This document shows positions 41,453-50,708 of a stretch of 64,000 nt of DNA, in pieces. The notes under the pieces were generated by a model. The model was not told the DNA's origin and ran no database searches. It was given only the letters and a program-made list of their open reading frames with translations. Positions within the stretch are counted from its first letter, which is position 1; each line of letters starts with the position of its first letter. The DNA is taken from assembly GCA_964444925.1 (NCBI GenBank), contig CAYUIV010000001.1, positions 73,952 through 137,951 on the forward strand, in the 5' to 3' direction. Position numbers and translations under genes: made by a program. The stretch is from an uncultured Coxiellaceae bacterium (GTDB lineage: Bacteria > Pseudomonadota > Gammaproteobacteria > Diplorickettsiales > Diplorickettsiaceae).

Positions 41453-42142
41453 ATGTTTTGGAAAACTAAAAAATATTACATGGCTCTTTTTTCATTACTG
41501 GCCATTACCGTATTATTTACAAGTTATCAACACTTATCTTCTCAACTAATTTTTCATAAAAAACCAAGTGTTGCTCAATTAGGTAAAGAATACATTGTGT
41601 TTGCAACTTCAGATATTATTCCTACAGCCACAAAGCAAGAAAAAGTTCATCTCATTGAGTTTTTTAGCTATGATTGTGGAACATGCAACACGATACAAGC
41701 TGCAATACAAAAAAGGTATCGTCATCAATCAGATTTTTTAAGTATTGAACAAATTCCAATCGGTGATGGAGAAACTGCAAAATGTTTAGAAAAAACGCAT
41801 TATTTACTGACGATGTTAGGTAAGCATGCGCCCTCATATATTTTTACTTTTCTAAGTCAACATCACAGTAAGAAAATTGATACAGATGCTATAAAAAACT
41901 GGATTTTAAAAACAAGTATTTCTAAAACTGATTATGATACAGCAGAGCATTTTACAGCTGGTATTACTGCACAAATTGCTCGCAGTCACTTATTACAGAA
42001 AACGTACTGTGTTGAAGATATTCCCTTTTTTGTCATTGGAGGTCGGTATCAAACGGATATAGGAATGGCAAAAGGAAATATCAGTCGGCTTTTTGAAATC
42101 ATTGATCAATTAATTGAGAAAGTAAAGCAGGGAGAGGCATAG
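41453..42142 (+). CDS. DsbA-family thiol:disulfide oxidoreductase (periplasmic)
   Basis: Signal peptide and a thioredoxin-fold CxxC motif (FFSYDCGTCNT). 229 aa. Confidence 0.45.
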   Translation: MFWKTKKYYMALFSLLAITVLFTSYQHLSSQLIFHKKPSVAQLGKEYIVFATSDIIPTATKQEKVHLIEFFSYDCGTCNTIQAAIQKRYRHQSDFLSIEQIPIGDGETAKCLEKTHYLLTMLGKHAPSYIFTFLSQHHSKKIDTDAIKNWILKTSISKTDYDTAEHFTAGITAQIARSHLLQKTYCVEDIPFFVIGGRYQTDIGMAKGNISRLFEIIDQLIEKVKQGEA

Positions 42143-42149
42143 AGTACAC

Positions 42150-43409
42150 GTGAATAAATTACTTATTAAAGGCGGAAAACCTCTATCAGGTCGCATTAAA
42201 ATTGCAGGATCAAAAAATGCTGCATTACCCATTCTGGCCGCCTGTTTATTAACGACCGAGCAAGTTGTGCTTTCCAATGTACCGCATCTACGCGATATTT
42301 TTTCTATGTTGGAAATTTTAAGTGATATTGGAATGACGTTTAGCATTAATCATGCCAAAGATCTTAAGTTGAAGCTACAATTGCCTACTCAAGTTTATGT
42401 ACATGCAAAACTAGCAAAAAGCTTGAGAGCTTCTATTTTGTTACTTGGTCCTCTTCTAACACGATTTAAAAAAGCAATTATTTCGTTGCCTGGCGGATGT
42501 GCAATCGGTGCAAGACCTATTGATTTACACCTGAAAGGTTTACGCGCAATGGGCGCAGAAATTAATATTTATCATAATTATATTTATGCCACCTGCACCC
42601 AAAAATTAAAAGGCGCTAACATTCAGTTAGATGTAGCAAGTGTGACGGCAACAGAAAATCTTATCATGGCAGCAACGCTTGCTGAAGGTAAAACAGTCAT
42701 CCACAACGCAGCGCGTGAACCTGAAGTAGTGGATTTAATTACCTTTCTCAATAAACTAGGTGCAAAAATTCAAGGCGCTGGAGAAAAGACAGTGGTAATC
42801 GAAGGCGTCACTGGTCTTTTAGGAGGACAACATTTCATCTTAGGTGATCGAATAGAAGCTGCTACTTTTTTGATTGCTGCAGCGTGTACTAGAGGCAAAG
42901 TGACAGTGGAATCTATTTCACCTACTCTTATGACAAGCGTATTGCATAAGTTAGAACAAGCAGGTACAAAAATTAAAACACAAAAACAACAAATTACGTT
43001 AGATGCATCTAACGTAAACGTTAAAGCAATTGATATTGAAACTGATTTTTATCCTGGATTTCCAACGGATATACAGTCTCAAATGATGGTTTTCAATACA
43101 ACAGCCCAAGGTGTTTCCAAACTCACTGAAAATATTTTTGAAAATCGATTTTTGTATGTGCCTGAATTATGCCGTATGGGTGCCGATATTATTATTAAAG
43201 GTCGCTCAGCAATTTGTAAAAGTGTTTCAAGACTAGTGGGCACGCGTGTTACAGCAAGCGATCTACGAGCTGCAGCAAGTCTTGTATTAGCAGGGTTGAT
43301 GACAGAAAGTGAAACAGTCGTAGATTGTATTGATTATTTAGAACGTGGTTACGAGTTTTTTGAAGAAAAATTACTTGCACTTGGTGCTAACATTACTTGT
43401 TTAGAGTAA
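42150..43409 (+). CDS. murA: UDP-N-acetylglucosamine 1-carboxyvinyltransferase
   Basis: LLIKGGKPLSGRIKIAGSKNAALPILAA at the N-terminus. Active-site Cys in PGGCAIGARPIDLH. 419 aa. Confidence 0.9.
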   Translation: MNKLLIKGGKPLSGRIKIAGSKNAALPILAACLLTTEQVVLSNVPHLRDIFSMLEILSDIGMTFSINHAKDLKLKLQLPTQVYVHAKLAKSLRASILLLGPLLTRFKKAIISLPGGCAIGARPIDLHLKGLRAMGAEINIYHNYIYATCTQKLKGANIQLDVASVTATENLIMAATLAEGKTVIHNAAREPEVVDLITFLNKLGAKIQGAGEKTVVIEGVTGLLGGQHFILGDRIEAATFLIAAACTRGKVTVESISPTLMTSVLHKLEQAGTKIKTQKQQITLDASNVNVKAIDIETDFYPGFPTDIQSQMMVFNTTAQGVSKLTENIFENRFLYVPELCRMGADIIIKGRSAICKSVSRLVGTRVTASDLRAAASLVLAGLMTESETVVDCIDYLERGYEFFEEKLLALGANITCLE

Positions 43410-43434
43410 ATACAATAAGATGGGATATGTTGAA

Positions 43435-43776
43435 TTAGCCTGGTGGCCATTTTAATATTCGACCACCTAAAAGATGCAAATGAATGTGATTGACCGTTTG
43501 TCCTGCGTTTTGATTACAATTTAGAATAAGTCGAAATCCATCATGTTGAATTTTTAATTTTTTTGCTTGTTCTTTTGCCGTATATATCATATGACCAACC
43601 AATTGCGTTTGATCCAGTGTCAGATGATTCAAGGTTTCAATGTGTTGACGAGGAATAATGAGTTGATGCACAGGTGCTTGTGGTGCAATATCATCTAATA
43701 CAACTAAATGTTCGTTCTCGAAAAGAATAGCATGTTTTGTTTTTTGTAGTCGACAAAAGAGACAATCTGATATCAT
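43435..43776 (-). CDS. HIT-family (histidine triad) protein
   Basis: HIHLHLLGG histidine triad at the C-terminus. CLFC near the N-terminus. 113 aa. Confidence 0.8.
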   Translation of the reverse strand: MISDCLFCRLQKTKHAILFENEHLVVLDDIAPQAPVHQLIIPRQHIETLNHLTLDQTQLVGHMIYTAKEQAKKLKIQHDGFRLILNCNQNAGQTVNHIHLHLLGGRILKWPPG

Positions 43777-43822
43777 ATAAAAAATTTTTAAATTCGTATT
43801 GTATTTGTTGTTGGAGAGAATT

Positions 43823-44374
43823 ATGCAAGGTACAACTCATCAAAAGTTTCAAGATACCATTACTGAAGATTTAAATGCAATCACAGTGATGATCGAAATT
43901 TCTGCACAAAGTTTCCCCATTAAATATGAAATGCAAGCACACACCAACTATCTTTTCGTGGATCGATTTTTAAATGTTGCCATGCAATTTCCATGTAACT
44001 ATGGTTACATTCCAGGAACAAAAGGAGGCGATGGAGACACATTAGATGCACTAGTTATCACACCCTATCCTTTGAATATAGGTGTTTATATCAAATGTCG
44101 TCCAATTGGTACACTCGATATGCGAGATGAATCCGGTGAAGACATCAAAATTATTATGGTTCCATCTGATGCTTTAACCAAAGATTATCAGCACATTCAG
44201 TCTATACAAGATCTTGAAAAGCATTTTCCCAGCTTACCAAACACCATAAGACACTTCTTTGAACACTATAAAGATTTAGAAAAAAGTAAATGGGTTGAAG
44301 TACGGCCAAATTGGGGAAGTAGTGACGTAGCAAAAACATTGATTTTAAAAAGTCTTGTATCAGTAGAAAAATAG
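43823..44374 (+). CDS. ppa: Inorganic pyrophosphatase (start placed at MQGTTHQ with GGAGAG RBS; the ORF extends to 43799)
   Basis: VMIEISAQSFPIKYEM…YLFVDRFL…FPCNYGYIPGTKGGDGDTLDALVIT matches family I PPase. 22-nt divergent spacer to the HIT gene. Confidence 0.9.
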   Translation: MQGTTHQKFQDTITEDLNAITVMIEISAQSFPIKYEMQAHTNYLFVDRFLNVAMQFPCNYGYIPGTKGGDGDTLDALVITPYPLNIGVYIKCRPIGTLDMRDESGEDIKIIMVPSDALTKDYQHIQSIQDLEKHFPSLPNTIRHFFEHYKDLEKSKWVEVRPNWGSSDVAKTLILKSLVSVEK

Positions 44375-44383
44375 TACTTCATT

Positions 44384-45412
44384 ATGTTTGCAAAACCTAG
44401 ACTATTAACAGGTGATACACCCTCAGGAAGTCGGTTACATTTAGGTCACTGGATAGGATCAATAAAAGAAAGGGTTGCATTACAAGATCAATATGATTGC
44501 TATATCATTATCGCAAATGTACATGCCTTGACAACGCATCTTGAACGTAGTCAAGAAATTTATCGAAATAGTATTGAAATAACAGTAGATTATTTAGCAG
44601 CAGGCATTGATCCAAATAAAACAAGCATTTTTATCCAGTCTGAAATACCTGCCCTCGCAGAGCTTACATATTTTTTTGCTATGCTGACTCCTTTTGCACG
44701 ATTGATGAGAAACCCTACTTTAAAAGAGGAATTGTCCAGTAAAAAACTAACGAAAAATCATTCTTTGGGCTTTTTACTTTATCCTGTCGGACAAATTGCA
44801 GATATTTTAGCTTTTCGCCCTAGTAAAGTGCCCGTTGGTGCAGATCAGTTACCGCATTTAGAAATGACAAGGGAAATTGCGAAACGTTTTAACTACCTTT
44901 ATCAAAAAGAATTTTTCCCTGTTATTGAAGATTTGAAAAGTGACTCAAAGCGTTTAGTGGGAATTGGTCCCCCGAATGAGAAAGGTACTTTACCTAAGAT
45001 GAGTAAATCACTTAATAATGCAATTTATTTAAGCGACTCACCTAAAGTCATACAACAAAAAGTAATGTCAATGTATACCGATCCAAATCGAGTACGTGTT
45101 ACTGACTTAGGTACTATAAAAAATAATCCACTTTGGCAATTGCATGATGCTTTCAATCCAGATCAAGAATGGGTGTTACATGCAAAGCAACAATATCAAT
45201 TAGGAAAAATTAGTGATGTTGCATGTAAGCAAAAACTCATTGAAGTACTCATTGATTTTTTAAAACCAATGCAGGAAAGAAGAAAATTTTATGAGAAAAA
45301 TCAAAGCGCGATACTACAAATTTTAAAAGAAGGGACAGCACGTGCTAATGTAATTGCACAAGATACGCTATCAAAAGTTAAGAAGATGACTTGGCAACAG
45401 TATTTTTCATAG
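44384..45412 (+). CDS. trpS: Tryptophanyl-tRNA synthetase
   Basis: Class I synthetase of TrpS size (342 aa, no S4 domain). N-terminal TGDTPSGSRLHLGHWIG (HIGH-like) and KMSKS (LPKMSKSLNNAIYL). Confidence 0.8.
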   Translation: MFAKPRLLTGDTPSGSRLHLGHWIGSIKERVALQDQYDCYIIIANVHALTTHLERSQEIYRNSIEITVDYLAAGIDPNKTSIFIQSEIPALAELTYFFAMLTPFARLMRNPTLKEELSSKKLTKNHSLGFLLYPVGQIADILAFRPSKVPVGADQLPHLEMTREIAKRFNYLYQKEFFPVIEDLKSDSKRLVGIGPPNEKGTLPKMSKSLNNAIYLSDSPKVIQQKVMSMYTDPNRVRVTDLGTIKNNPLWQLHDAFNPDQEWVLHAKQQYQLGKISDVACKQKLIEVLIDFLKPMQERRKFYEKNQSAILQILKEGTARANVIAQDTLSKVKKMTWQQYFS

Positions 45413-45743
45413 TAGCGTTATCTGAATTAACGAAGATAGGTCAAGTAATAGTTAACGTACGCGGATACCAAAATAATCTACACACTTAGAAAGCATAATG
45501 TCATGATATTAGAAGACAGGCGCAAACCTATCTTTCGCTTTATACAATTACATTATGCTGTTTTATCTATTAATTGTCATGATAACGCGTTTGAAAAAAG
45601 TTTTATTCAAGTTATACAAAATAGTTTAGGTACTAGATAAATTTATTAAAGAGAAACTTTAGTACAACAAGTACATAGGACTTTTCAAAGCGTATACTAA
45701 TCATTACAATTGCCTAACTTAACTAGCAATTTTTGGAGAAAAT

Positions 45744-45938
45744 ATGGCACGTATCACAGTAGAAGATAGTTTAAAGAAGATAAAAAAGGCGGATCGCTTT
45801 AAACTAGTACATGAAGCAGTCAAGCTTGCAAAATTAGCCCCTTTGACTGATATAAAGCATAAACCTGCCGTATGGGCTTTGAAAATGATTGCTGAAGGTA
45901 AATACCAAAGCAGTGAAAATTTAGATGAAAAAGAATAG
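45744..45938 (+). CDS. rpoZ: DNA-directed RNA polymerase omega subunit (short form)
   Basis: MARITVEDSLKKI..DRFKLVHEAVKLAKLA…VWALKMIAEGK resembles RpoZ MARVTVEDC…NRFELV..A.KRARQ…ALREI..G. Only 64 aa. Confidence 0.5.
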   Translation: MARITVEDSLKKIKKADRFKLVHEAVKLAKLAPLTDIKHKPAVWALKMIAEGKYQSSENLDEKE

Positions 45939-45952
45939 CCTTCTTTTTTTTA
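45927..45952 (+). terminator. Weak AT-rich hairpin plus T-tract overlapping the rpoZ stop
   Basis: GAAAAAGAA-TAGCC-TTCTTTTTTTT: 8-bp stem, 5-nt loop, then a U-run. Low stability because the stem is all A/T. Confidence 0.25.
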
Positions 45953-46166
45953 GAAATTGATTCAGTACAGTAAAAAACTTTTATAGCATAAATTTTTGGT
46001 GATCAGTTACATACATGGTAGTAAAAAGACAAGCCGGGAAGAACAAGAAACTCATTTTTCAGAGTACATGATAACTTTTAAAAGATCATGCAATGAACAT
46101 GATTTGTAAGAAAACATTTAAATGAATTAGTTAAATTCTTTTAATCAATTTTTTAGAATACCCAAC

Positions 46167-47501
46167 TTGCATGGTATGAACCGCATTATTTTAGGATTAG
46201 GTAAAACTGGATTAAGTATTGCACAGCATTTTTTAAAACGAGATTTGTTTTTCAAAGTCATGGATACGCGTACGGCGCCTCCTTTTTTGGATAGTTTTAA
46301 AAAAAGATATACACATATTCCAATTTACCTAGGTGGCCTCAATGCACAATGGATTCAAGAGGCGCATGAAATTTTTATCAGTCCAGGGCTACATCCTAAA
46401 AGCTATGCATCCATTAGAAAGATTAATAGTAGAGTAAAATTATGCAGTGATTTAGATCTGTTCGACCAAATAGTAAATGCTCCTGTTATTGGTATTACAG
46501 GCACTAATGGAAAAAGTACCGTTACAACATTAATCACGCAATGTTTAAAAGCAGCGCATAAATCAGTAAGTGCTGGTGGTAATCTGGGTACGCCAGCTTT
46601 AGATCTTTTGAAAAAGACTCCCCCTGATTTTTATGTACTAGAATTATCTAGCTTTCAGTTAGAAATTACCAAAAACATTCGATTACATACTGCTGTGTTA
46701 CTCAATATCAGTCCTGACCATCTTGATCGCCATAGTACCCTCATTCAATATCAAAAAATTAAGCAAAAAATCTATAGAAACTGTCAATATGCTATATGGA
46801 ATCGAGAAGACAGTGCAACTTATCCAAGCTATGCAGTAAAAAAACTGATTAGTTTTGGTATTAAAGCTCAAGCAAATGCATTTAATTTACAAAAGAAAGG
46901 TGAGGATATTTGGCTATCTGAAGGAAAACAATTACTATTAAATGTCAATAAACTCAAAATTAAAGGTCAACATAACTGGCTGAACACGTTAGCCGTGCTT
47001 GCAATTCAAAAAGCAGTAGGTATCTCTTTAACTCAGACAATCAGTGCGTTAACGAAATTTGAGGGATTACCACATAATACTGAAAAAATTGTTGAAAAAT
47101 CTGGTGTAGTATGGATCAATGATTCCAAAGCAACAAATGTGCATGCAAGCTTAGCTGCATTTGCAAGCTTTAAACAAGAACAGTCCAAAAGGATCATAGC
47201 TATCATGGGTGGGTTAGATAAAAATATAAGCTATCAAGCACTTTGTGAGCCTTTAAAAAAATATACGAAACATCTTATTTTAATTGGTAGTACAATGCAG
47301 TTTATGAAAAAAATTTTTCATCATATTGTTCCTATTTCCGAAGCAATTGATTTAAAAGAAGCAGTAAATCTTGCCTCCAAATATGCAAAACAAGGTGATA
47401 TAGTATTACTGTCTCCAGCCTGTGCAAGCCAAGATATGTTTAAAAATTATATCGAGAGAGGAAATTGTTTTAAAGAGCAAGTAAAACTTTTATTGTGTTA
47501 A
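46167..47501 (+). CDS. murD: UDP-N-acetylmuramoylalanine--D-glutamate ligase
   Basis: N-terminal Rossmann-like region IILGLGKTG and Mur ligase P-loop GITGTNGKSTVTT. 444 aa. Isolated from the other mur genes. Confidence 0.85.
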   Translation: MHGMNRIILGLGKTGLSIAQHFLKRDLFFKVMDTRTAPPFLDSFKKRYTHIPIYLGGLNAQWIQEAHEIFISPGLHPKSYASIRKINSRVKLCSDLDLFDQIVNAPVIGITGTNGKSTVTTLITQCLKAAHKSVSAGGNLGTPALDLLKKTPPDFYVLELSSFQLEITKNIRLHTAVLLNISPDHLDRHSTLIQYQKIKQKIYRNCQYAIWNREDSATYPSYAVKKLISFGIKAQANAFNLQKKGEDIWLSEGKQLLLNVNKLKIKGQHNWLNTLAVLAIQKAVGISLTQTISALTKFEGLPHNTEKIVEKSGVVWINDSKATNVHASLAAFASFKQEQSKRIIAIMGGLDKNISYQALCEPLKKYTKHLILIGSTMQFMKKIFHHIVPISEAIDLKEAVNLASKYAKQGDIVLLSPACASQDMFKNYIERGNCFKEQVKLLLC

Positions 47502-47505
47502 TACG

Positions 47506-47769
47506 TTGACGGCATATATGAAAAACAATACACGCATTATTAAATGTGCAAAACTAAATCGAGAAGCGCCTGGATTAACATTTGTACCTTATCCAGGCGT
47601 ATTGGGTGAAAAAATTTATTATCATGTCAGTGAAGCAGCATGGAATCAGTGGATTGATTATATGACTATTTTAATTAATGAAAATAGATTGGAAATCAAC
47701 CATCCCGAAGTTAGAAAAATTTTAGAAGATGAGATGGAACATTTTTTCTTTTCTTCAGAAGAAAATTGA
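47506..47769 (+). CDS. yggX: YggX-family Fe(2+)-trafficking protein
   Basis: CAKLNREAPGLTFVPYPGVLGEKIYYHVSEAAWNQWIDYMTILINENRL matches YggX ([49 protein letters not shown]). Confidence 0.7.
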   Translation: MTAYMKNNTRIIKCAKLNREAPGLTFVPYPGVLGEKIYYHVSEAAWNQWIDYMTILINENRLEINHPEVRKILEDEMEHFFFSSEEN

Positions 47770-47785
47770 TCACGTATTTTTTGTC

Positions 47786-48676
47786 ATGACTATTAAGCTA
47801 TACAGTATGACGGCCTTTGCAAGCCACACAAACGTGATTAATGATCAAGATCATGTAACGTGGTGGATCAAAACGCTCAACTATAAAACTTTAGATATTC
47901 AATGCCGATTACCAACCGCTTTTCTACATGTTGAACCCTTGCTGCGCGCCTATATCAAATCGCATATAAGCAGAGGTCGCATCGAGATTCGCTTAGAATT
48001 TCGTTCTGATAACAATATAAAAGAAGAAACTGCAGTTAATAAAACACTTATTAAACAACTTCTCAATACCTGTAAAGAAATCGCCCAGTTAGATAAAACA
48101 CATACCTTTTCATCGATAGATATCTTTAAGGTATTATCCTGGCCTGGTGTAATGAAAGTGAAGCAAAATGTGGAAAAAGACAGTCAGCTGGATAAAAAGG
48201 TATTGCAGTTGTTTGAACAAACGCTCGATCAAGTAATGGAAAAAAAATTACAAGAAGGTAAAGCATTACAACATTTTTTATATCGTCATTTAGAAAGTGT
48301 AGAAGCACAACTTGCTTTCTTAAACACTCAGCTACCAATGCTTAGAAAAAAAGTACATCAACGGATAATAAATGTTTTTGAAAAATTCGGTTTAGAAGTG
48401 AATCGTGAGAAATTGGAACAAGAACTCGTTTTTTCTCTACAAAGAATGGACGTTACTGAAGAAATGGAAAGACTGGTTATCCATGTGAATGAATGTAAAA
48501 AACAATTATCTCAACCTAAAGTCAAAGGTGTACAACTTGATTTTCTTATGCAAGAACTGATAAGAGAATCAAACAGTTTAAGTGCAAAAATAGGAAATGC
48601 AACTTTAAATTTAAGAGTAATTGATATCAAAGTATTAATTGATGCAATGCGAGAACAAATTCAAAACATTGAATAA
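47786..48676 (+). CDS. yicC: YicC-family stress-induced protein (start moved to the internal Met; the ORF extends to 47729, overlapping yggX)
   Basis: N-terminus SMTAFAS…RGRIEIRLEF matches E. coli YicC SMTAYAR…RGKVECTLRY. Size is about 300 aa. Confidence 0.7.
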   Translation: MTIKLYSMTAFASHTNVINDQDHVTWWIKTLNYKTLDIQCRLPTAFLHVEPLLRAYIKSHISRGRIEIRLEFRSDNNIKEETAVNKTLIKQLLNTCKEIAQLDKTHTFSSIDIFKVLSWPGVMKVKQNVEKDSQLDKKVLQLFEQTLDQVMEKKLQEGKALQHFLYRHLESVEAQLAFLNTQLPMLRKKVHQRIINVFEKFGLEVNREKLEQELVFSLQRMDVTEEMERLVIHVNECKKQLSQPKVKGVQLDFLMQELIRESNSLSAKIGNATLNLRVIDIKVLIDAMREQIQNIE

Positions 48677-49290
48677 TGGAAGGAAAACTGTATGTCATCT
48701 CTGCACCTTCAGGCTGTGGCAAAACAACGTTAGTGAATACAATGCTTAAATCTTTTCAAGATATTTGTCTTTCTATTTCTCATACCACAAGACGGCCTCG
48801 GTTAAGAGAAAAGCAAGGCGTGCATTACTATTTTGTATCGATTGAATGTTTCAAGAATTTAATTAAGGCCAAAGCTTTTATAGAGTACGCAATAGTTTTT
48901 GATCATTACTACGGTACTTCATTACGTTGGATGACAAAAACATTGCAAAGAGGCAAAGATGTTATTTTAGAAATAGATTGGCAAGGTGCAAGACAAATTA
49001 AAAAATATTTTCCACAAGCAGTGACTATCTTTCTTATTCCACCTTCCCTTCAAAGCTTAAAAATGCGTCTTTCTAAAAGAGCACAAGACAGTCAACTTAT
49101 TATCGCTGAACGGATGAAACAAGCACAGCGCGATCTTTCCCACTATAGTGAGTATGACTATTTAGTACTGAATAAACATTTTAAAAGCGCTGCGAAAGAT
49201 TTAAGCATGATTATCAACGCTCATCGGCTACAACGTAGTATTCAATCTCAACGATTAATATCAATCATTGATACGCTTTTATGTAATTAA
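48676..49290 (+). CDS. gmk: Guanylate kinase
   Basis: KLYVISAPSGCGKTTL P-loop. The guanylate kinase signature region SHTTRRPRLREKQGVHYYFVS…F. Confidence 0.85.
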   Translation: MEGKLYVISAPSGCGKTTLVNTMLKSFQDICLSISHTTRRPRLREKQGVHYYFVSIECFKNLIKAKAFIEYAIVFDHYYGTSLRWMTKTLQRGKDVILEIDWQGARQIKKYFPQAVTIFLIPPSLQSLKMRLSKRAQDSQLIIAERMKQAQRDLSHYSEYDYLVLNKHFKSAAKDLSMIINAHRLQRSIQSQRLISIIDTLLCN

Positions 49291-49297
49291 TACATTT

Positions 49298-50104
49298 ATG
49301 TCTTCTCTATCTTCAATAAAAAATATTATTGCAATTGCTTCTGGAAAAGGGGGTGTTGGAAAGTCAAATACGACTGCAAATTTAGGACTTGTTTTAAAGA
49401 GTCTGGGATATCAAGTGGGTATTCTTGATGCAGATATTTATGGTCCAAGTATTCCAAAACTGCTTGGTACGACAACCACTACTTCTTTAAAAAGATCTGA
49501 AGATGCCCGAATTATTCCAGTTGTAGCACATGGTATACAAATTATGTCAATTGCTTATCTTATTGAAGAAAGTGTAGCAGCGATATGGAGAGGACCAATG
49601 GCAAGTCGAGCACTACAGCAATTACTGTATCATACAAAATGGAAAACACTTGACTATCTGCTCATTGATCTTCCTCCTGGCACAGGTGATATTCCTTTAA
49701 CACTTTCCCAAAAATTGCCTTTAACAGGTGTATTGATGATCACTACACCACAAACAATTGCAATAGCAGATGTAAAAAAATCAATTGCAATGTTTCAAAA
49801 GGTAAAAGTACCCATTTTAGGAATTATTGAGAATATGAGTGGTTATCATTGTCCGCACTGTGGTGTGGAAGATTTGATTTTTGGATCAGGTGGCGCAGAT
49901 CAACTTGAAGAAATATACCATATTCCTGTATTAGGCCGTTTACCACTTGATACTTTTATAAGAGAGAAAGCAGATCAAGGCAAGCCAATAGATATATCTA
50001 CGACAAGTCAATATACCCTAACCTATACAGCGATTGCAAAAAAAGTTTCTCAATTAGTAAAGCAAAAAAAACACCGTGCGTTACCGACAATTAAAATAGA
50101 ATAG
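49298..50104 (+). CDS. mrp: Mrp/ApbC/NBP35-family Fe-S cluster carrier ATPase (short form lacking an N-terminal DUF59 domain)
   Basis: Deviant Walker A IAIASGKGGVGKSNTTANL. Conserved CxxC (GYHCPHCG). DLPPGTGD motif. Confidence 0.8.
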   Translation: MSSLSSIKNIIAIASGKGGVGKSNTTANLGLVLKSLGYQVGILDADIYGPSIPKLLGTTTTTSLKRSEDARIIPVVAHGIQIMSIAYLIEESVAAIWRGPMASRALQQLLYHTKWKTLDYLLIDLPPGTGDIPLTLSQKLPLTGVLMITTPQTIAIADVKKSIAMFQKVKVPILGIIENMSGYHCPHCGVEDLIFGSGGADQLEEIYHIPVLGRLPLDTFIREKADQGKPIDISTTSQYTLTYTAIAKKVSQLVKQKKHRALPTIKIE

Positions 50105-50114
50105 TAATACTATT

Positions 50115-50708
50115 CTATTGATTAACACGCTCCCAAAGACTATAGCTCACTTGCTGTGTTTTATTTTTCTTTAAGCAAATCCAATGTGTTCTCAACAAGT
50201 CAGCAATCTCTTCATTTTTTGCACACTCTATATAAATTTTTGCATTAGATGAAATAAAATGATTGTTTTCTATCCATAGAAGACTTTTCTTTAATAAATT
50301 TTGATTAAAAGGAGGATCTAAAAACAACAGATCAATTGGTAAATGCTTTGGAGTAGAAATCAATAATTTTTCTCGGGTCAGCTTGTTAAAAGAAGTATCA
50401 TATATTTGATAATTTTTCTGAGGGATATTAAATTTTTTAGCATGTAAATACAAACTATTTACAACTGCTTTAGACTTATCTATAAATCCTACCCACGCAA
50501 CACCTCTAGATAGGGCTTCTAAGCCAAGTGCACCGCTTCCTGCAAACACATCAAGGCAAATTGCTCCTTCAATACTCTGTTGTAACCAGTTAAAAACGGT
50601 TTCTCTTACTCGGTTAGCTGTTGGTTTAATCAAGTGGTGTTCAGGAAAGCTAATGTGGCTTTTTTTCCATTTTCCACCAATGATACGTATAAATCTTTTT
50701 AACATCAT
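50115..50708 (-). CDS. rsmD: 16S rRNA (guanine966-N2)-methyltransferase RsmD
   Basis: LDVFAGSGALGLEALSRG (SAM-binding motif I) and LLFLDPPF (motif IV, DPPF). 197 aa. Overlaps the ftsI 3' end by 4 nt. Confidence 0.8.
   Translation of the reverse strand: MMLKRFIRIIGGKWKKSHISFPEHHLIKPTANRVRETVFNWLQQSIEGAICLDVFAGSGALGLEALSRGVAWVGFIDKSKAVVNSLYLHAKKFNIPQKNYQIYDTSFNKLTREKLLISTPKHLPIDLLFLDPPFNQNLLKKSLLWIENNHFISSNAKIYIECAKNEEIADLLRTHWICLKKNKTQQVSYSLWERVNQ

Noticed and set aside
46016-46072. 18-codon ORF (MVVKRQAGKNKKLIFQST) upstream of murD
   Set aside because: Too short to call. There is no obvious RBS and the leader-peptide logic for murD is unknown. Noted only as a speculative possibility.
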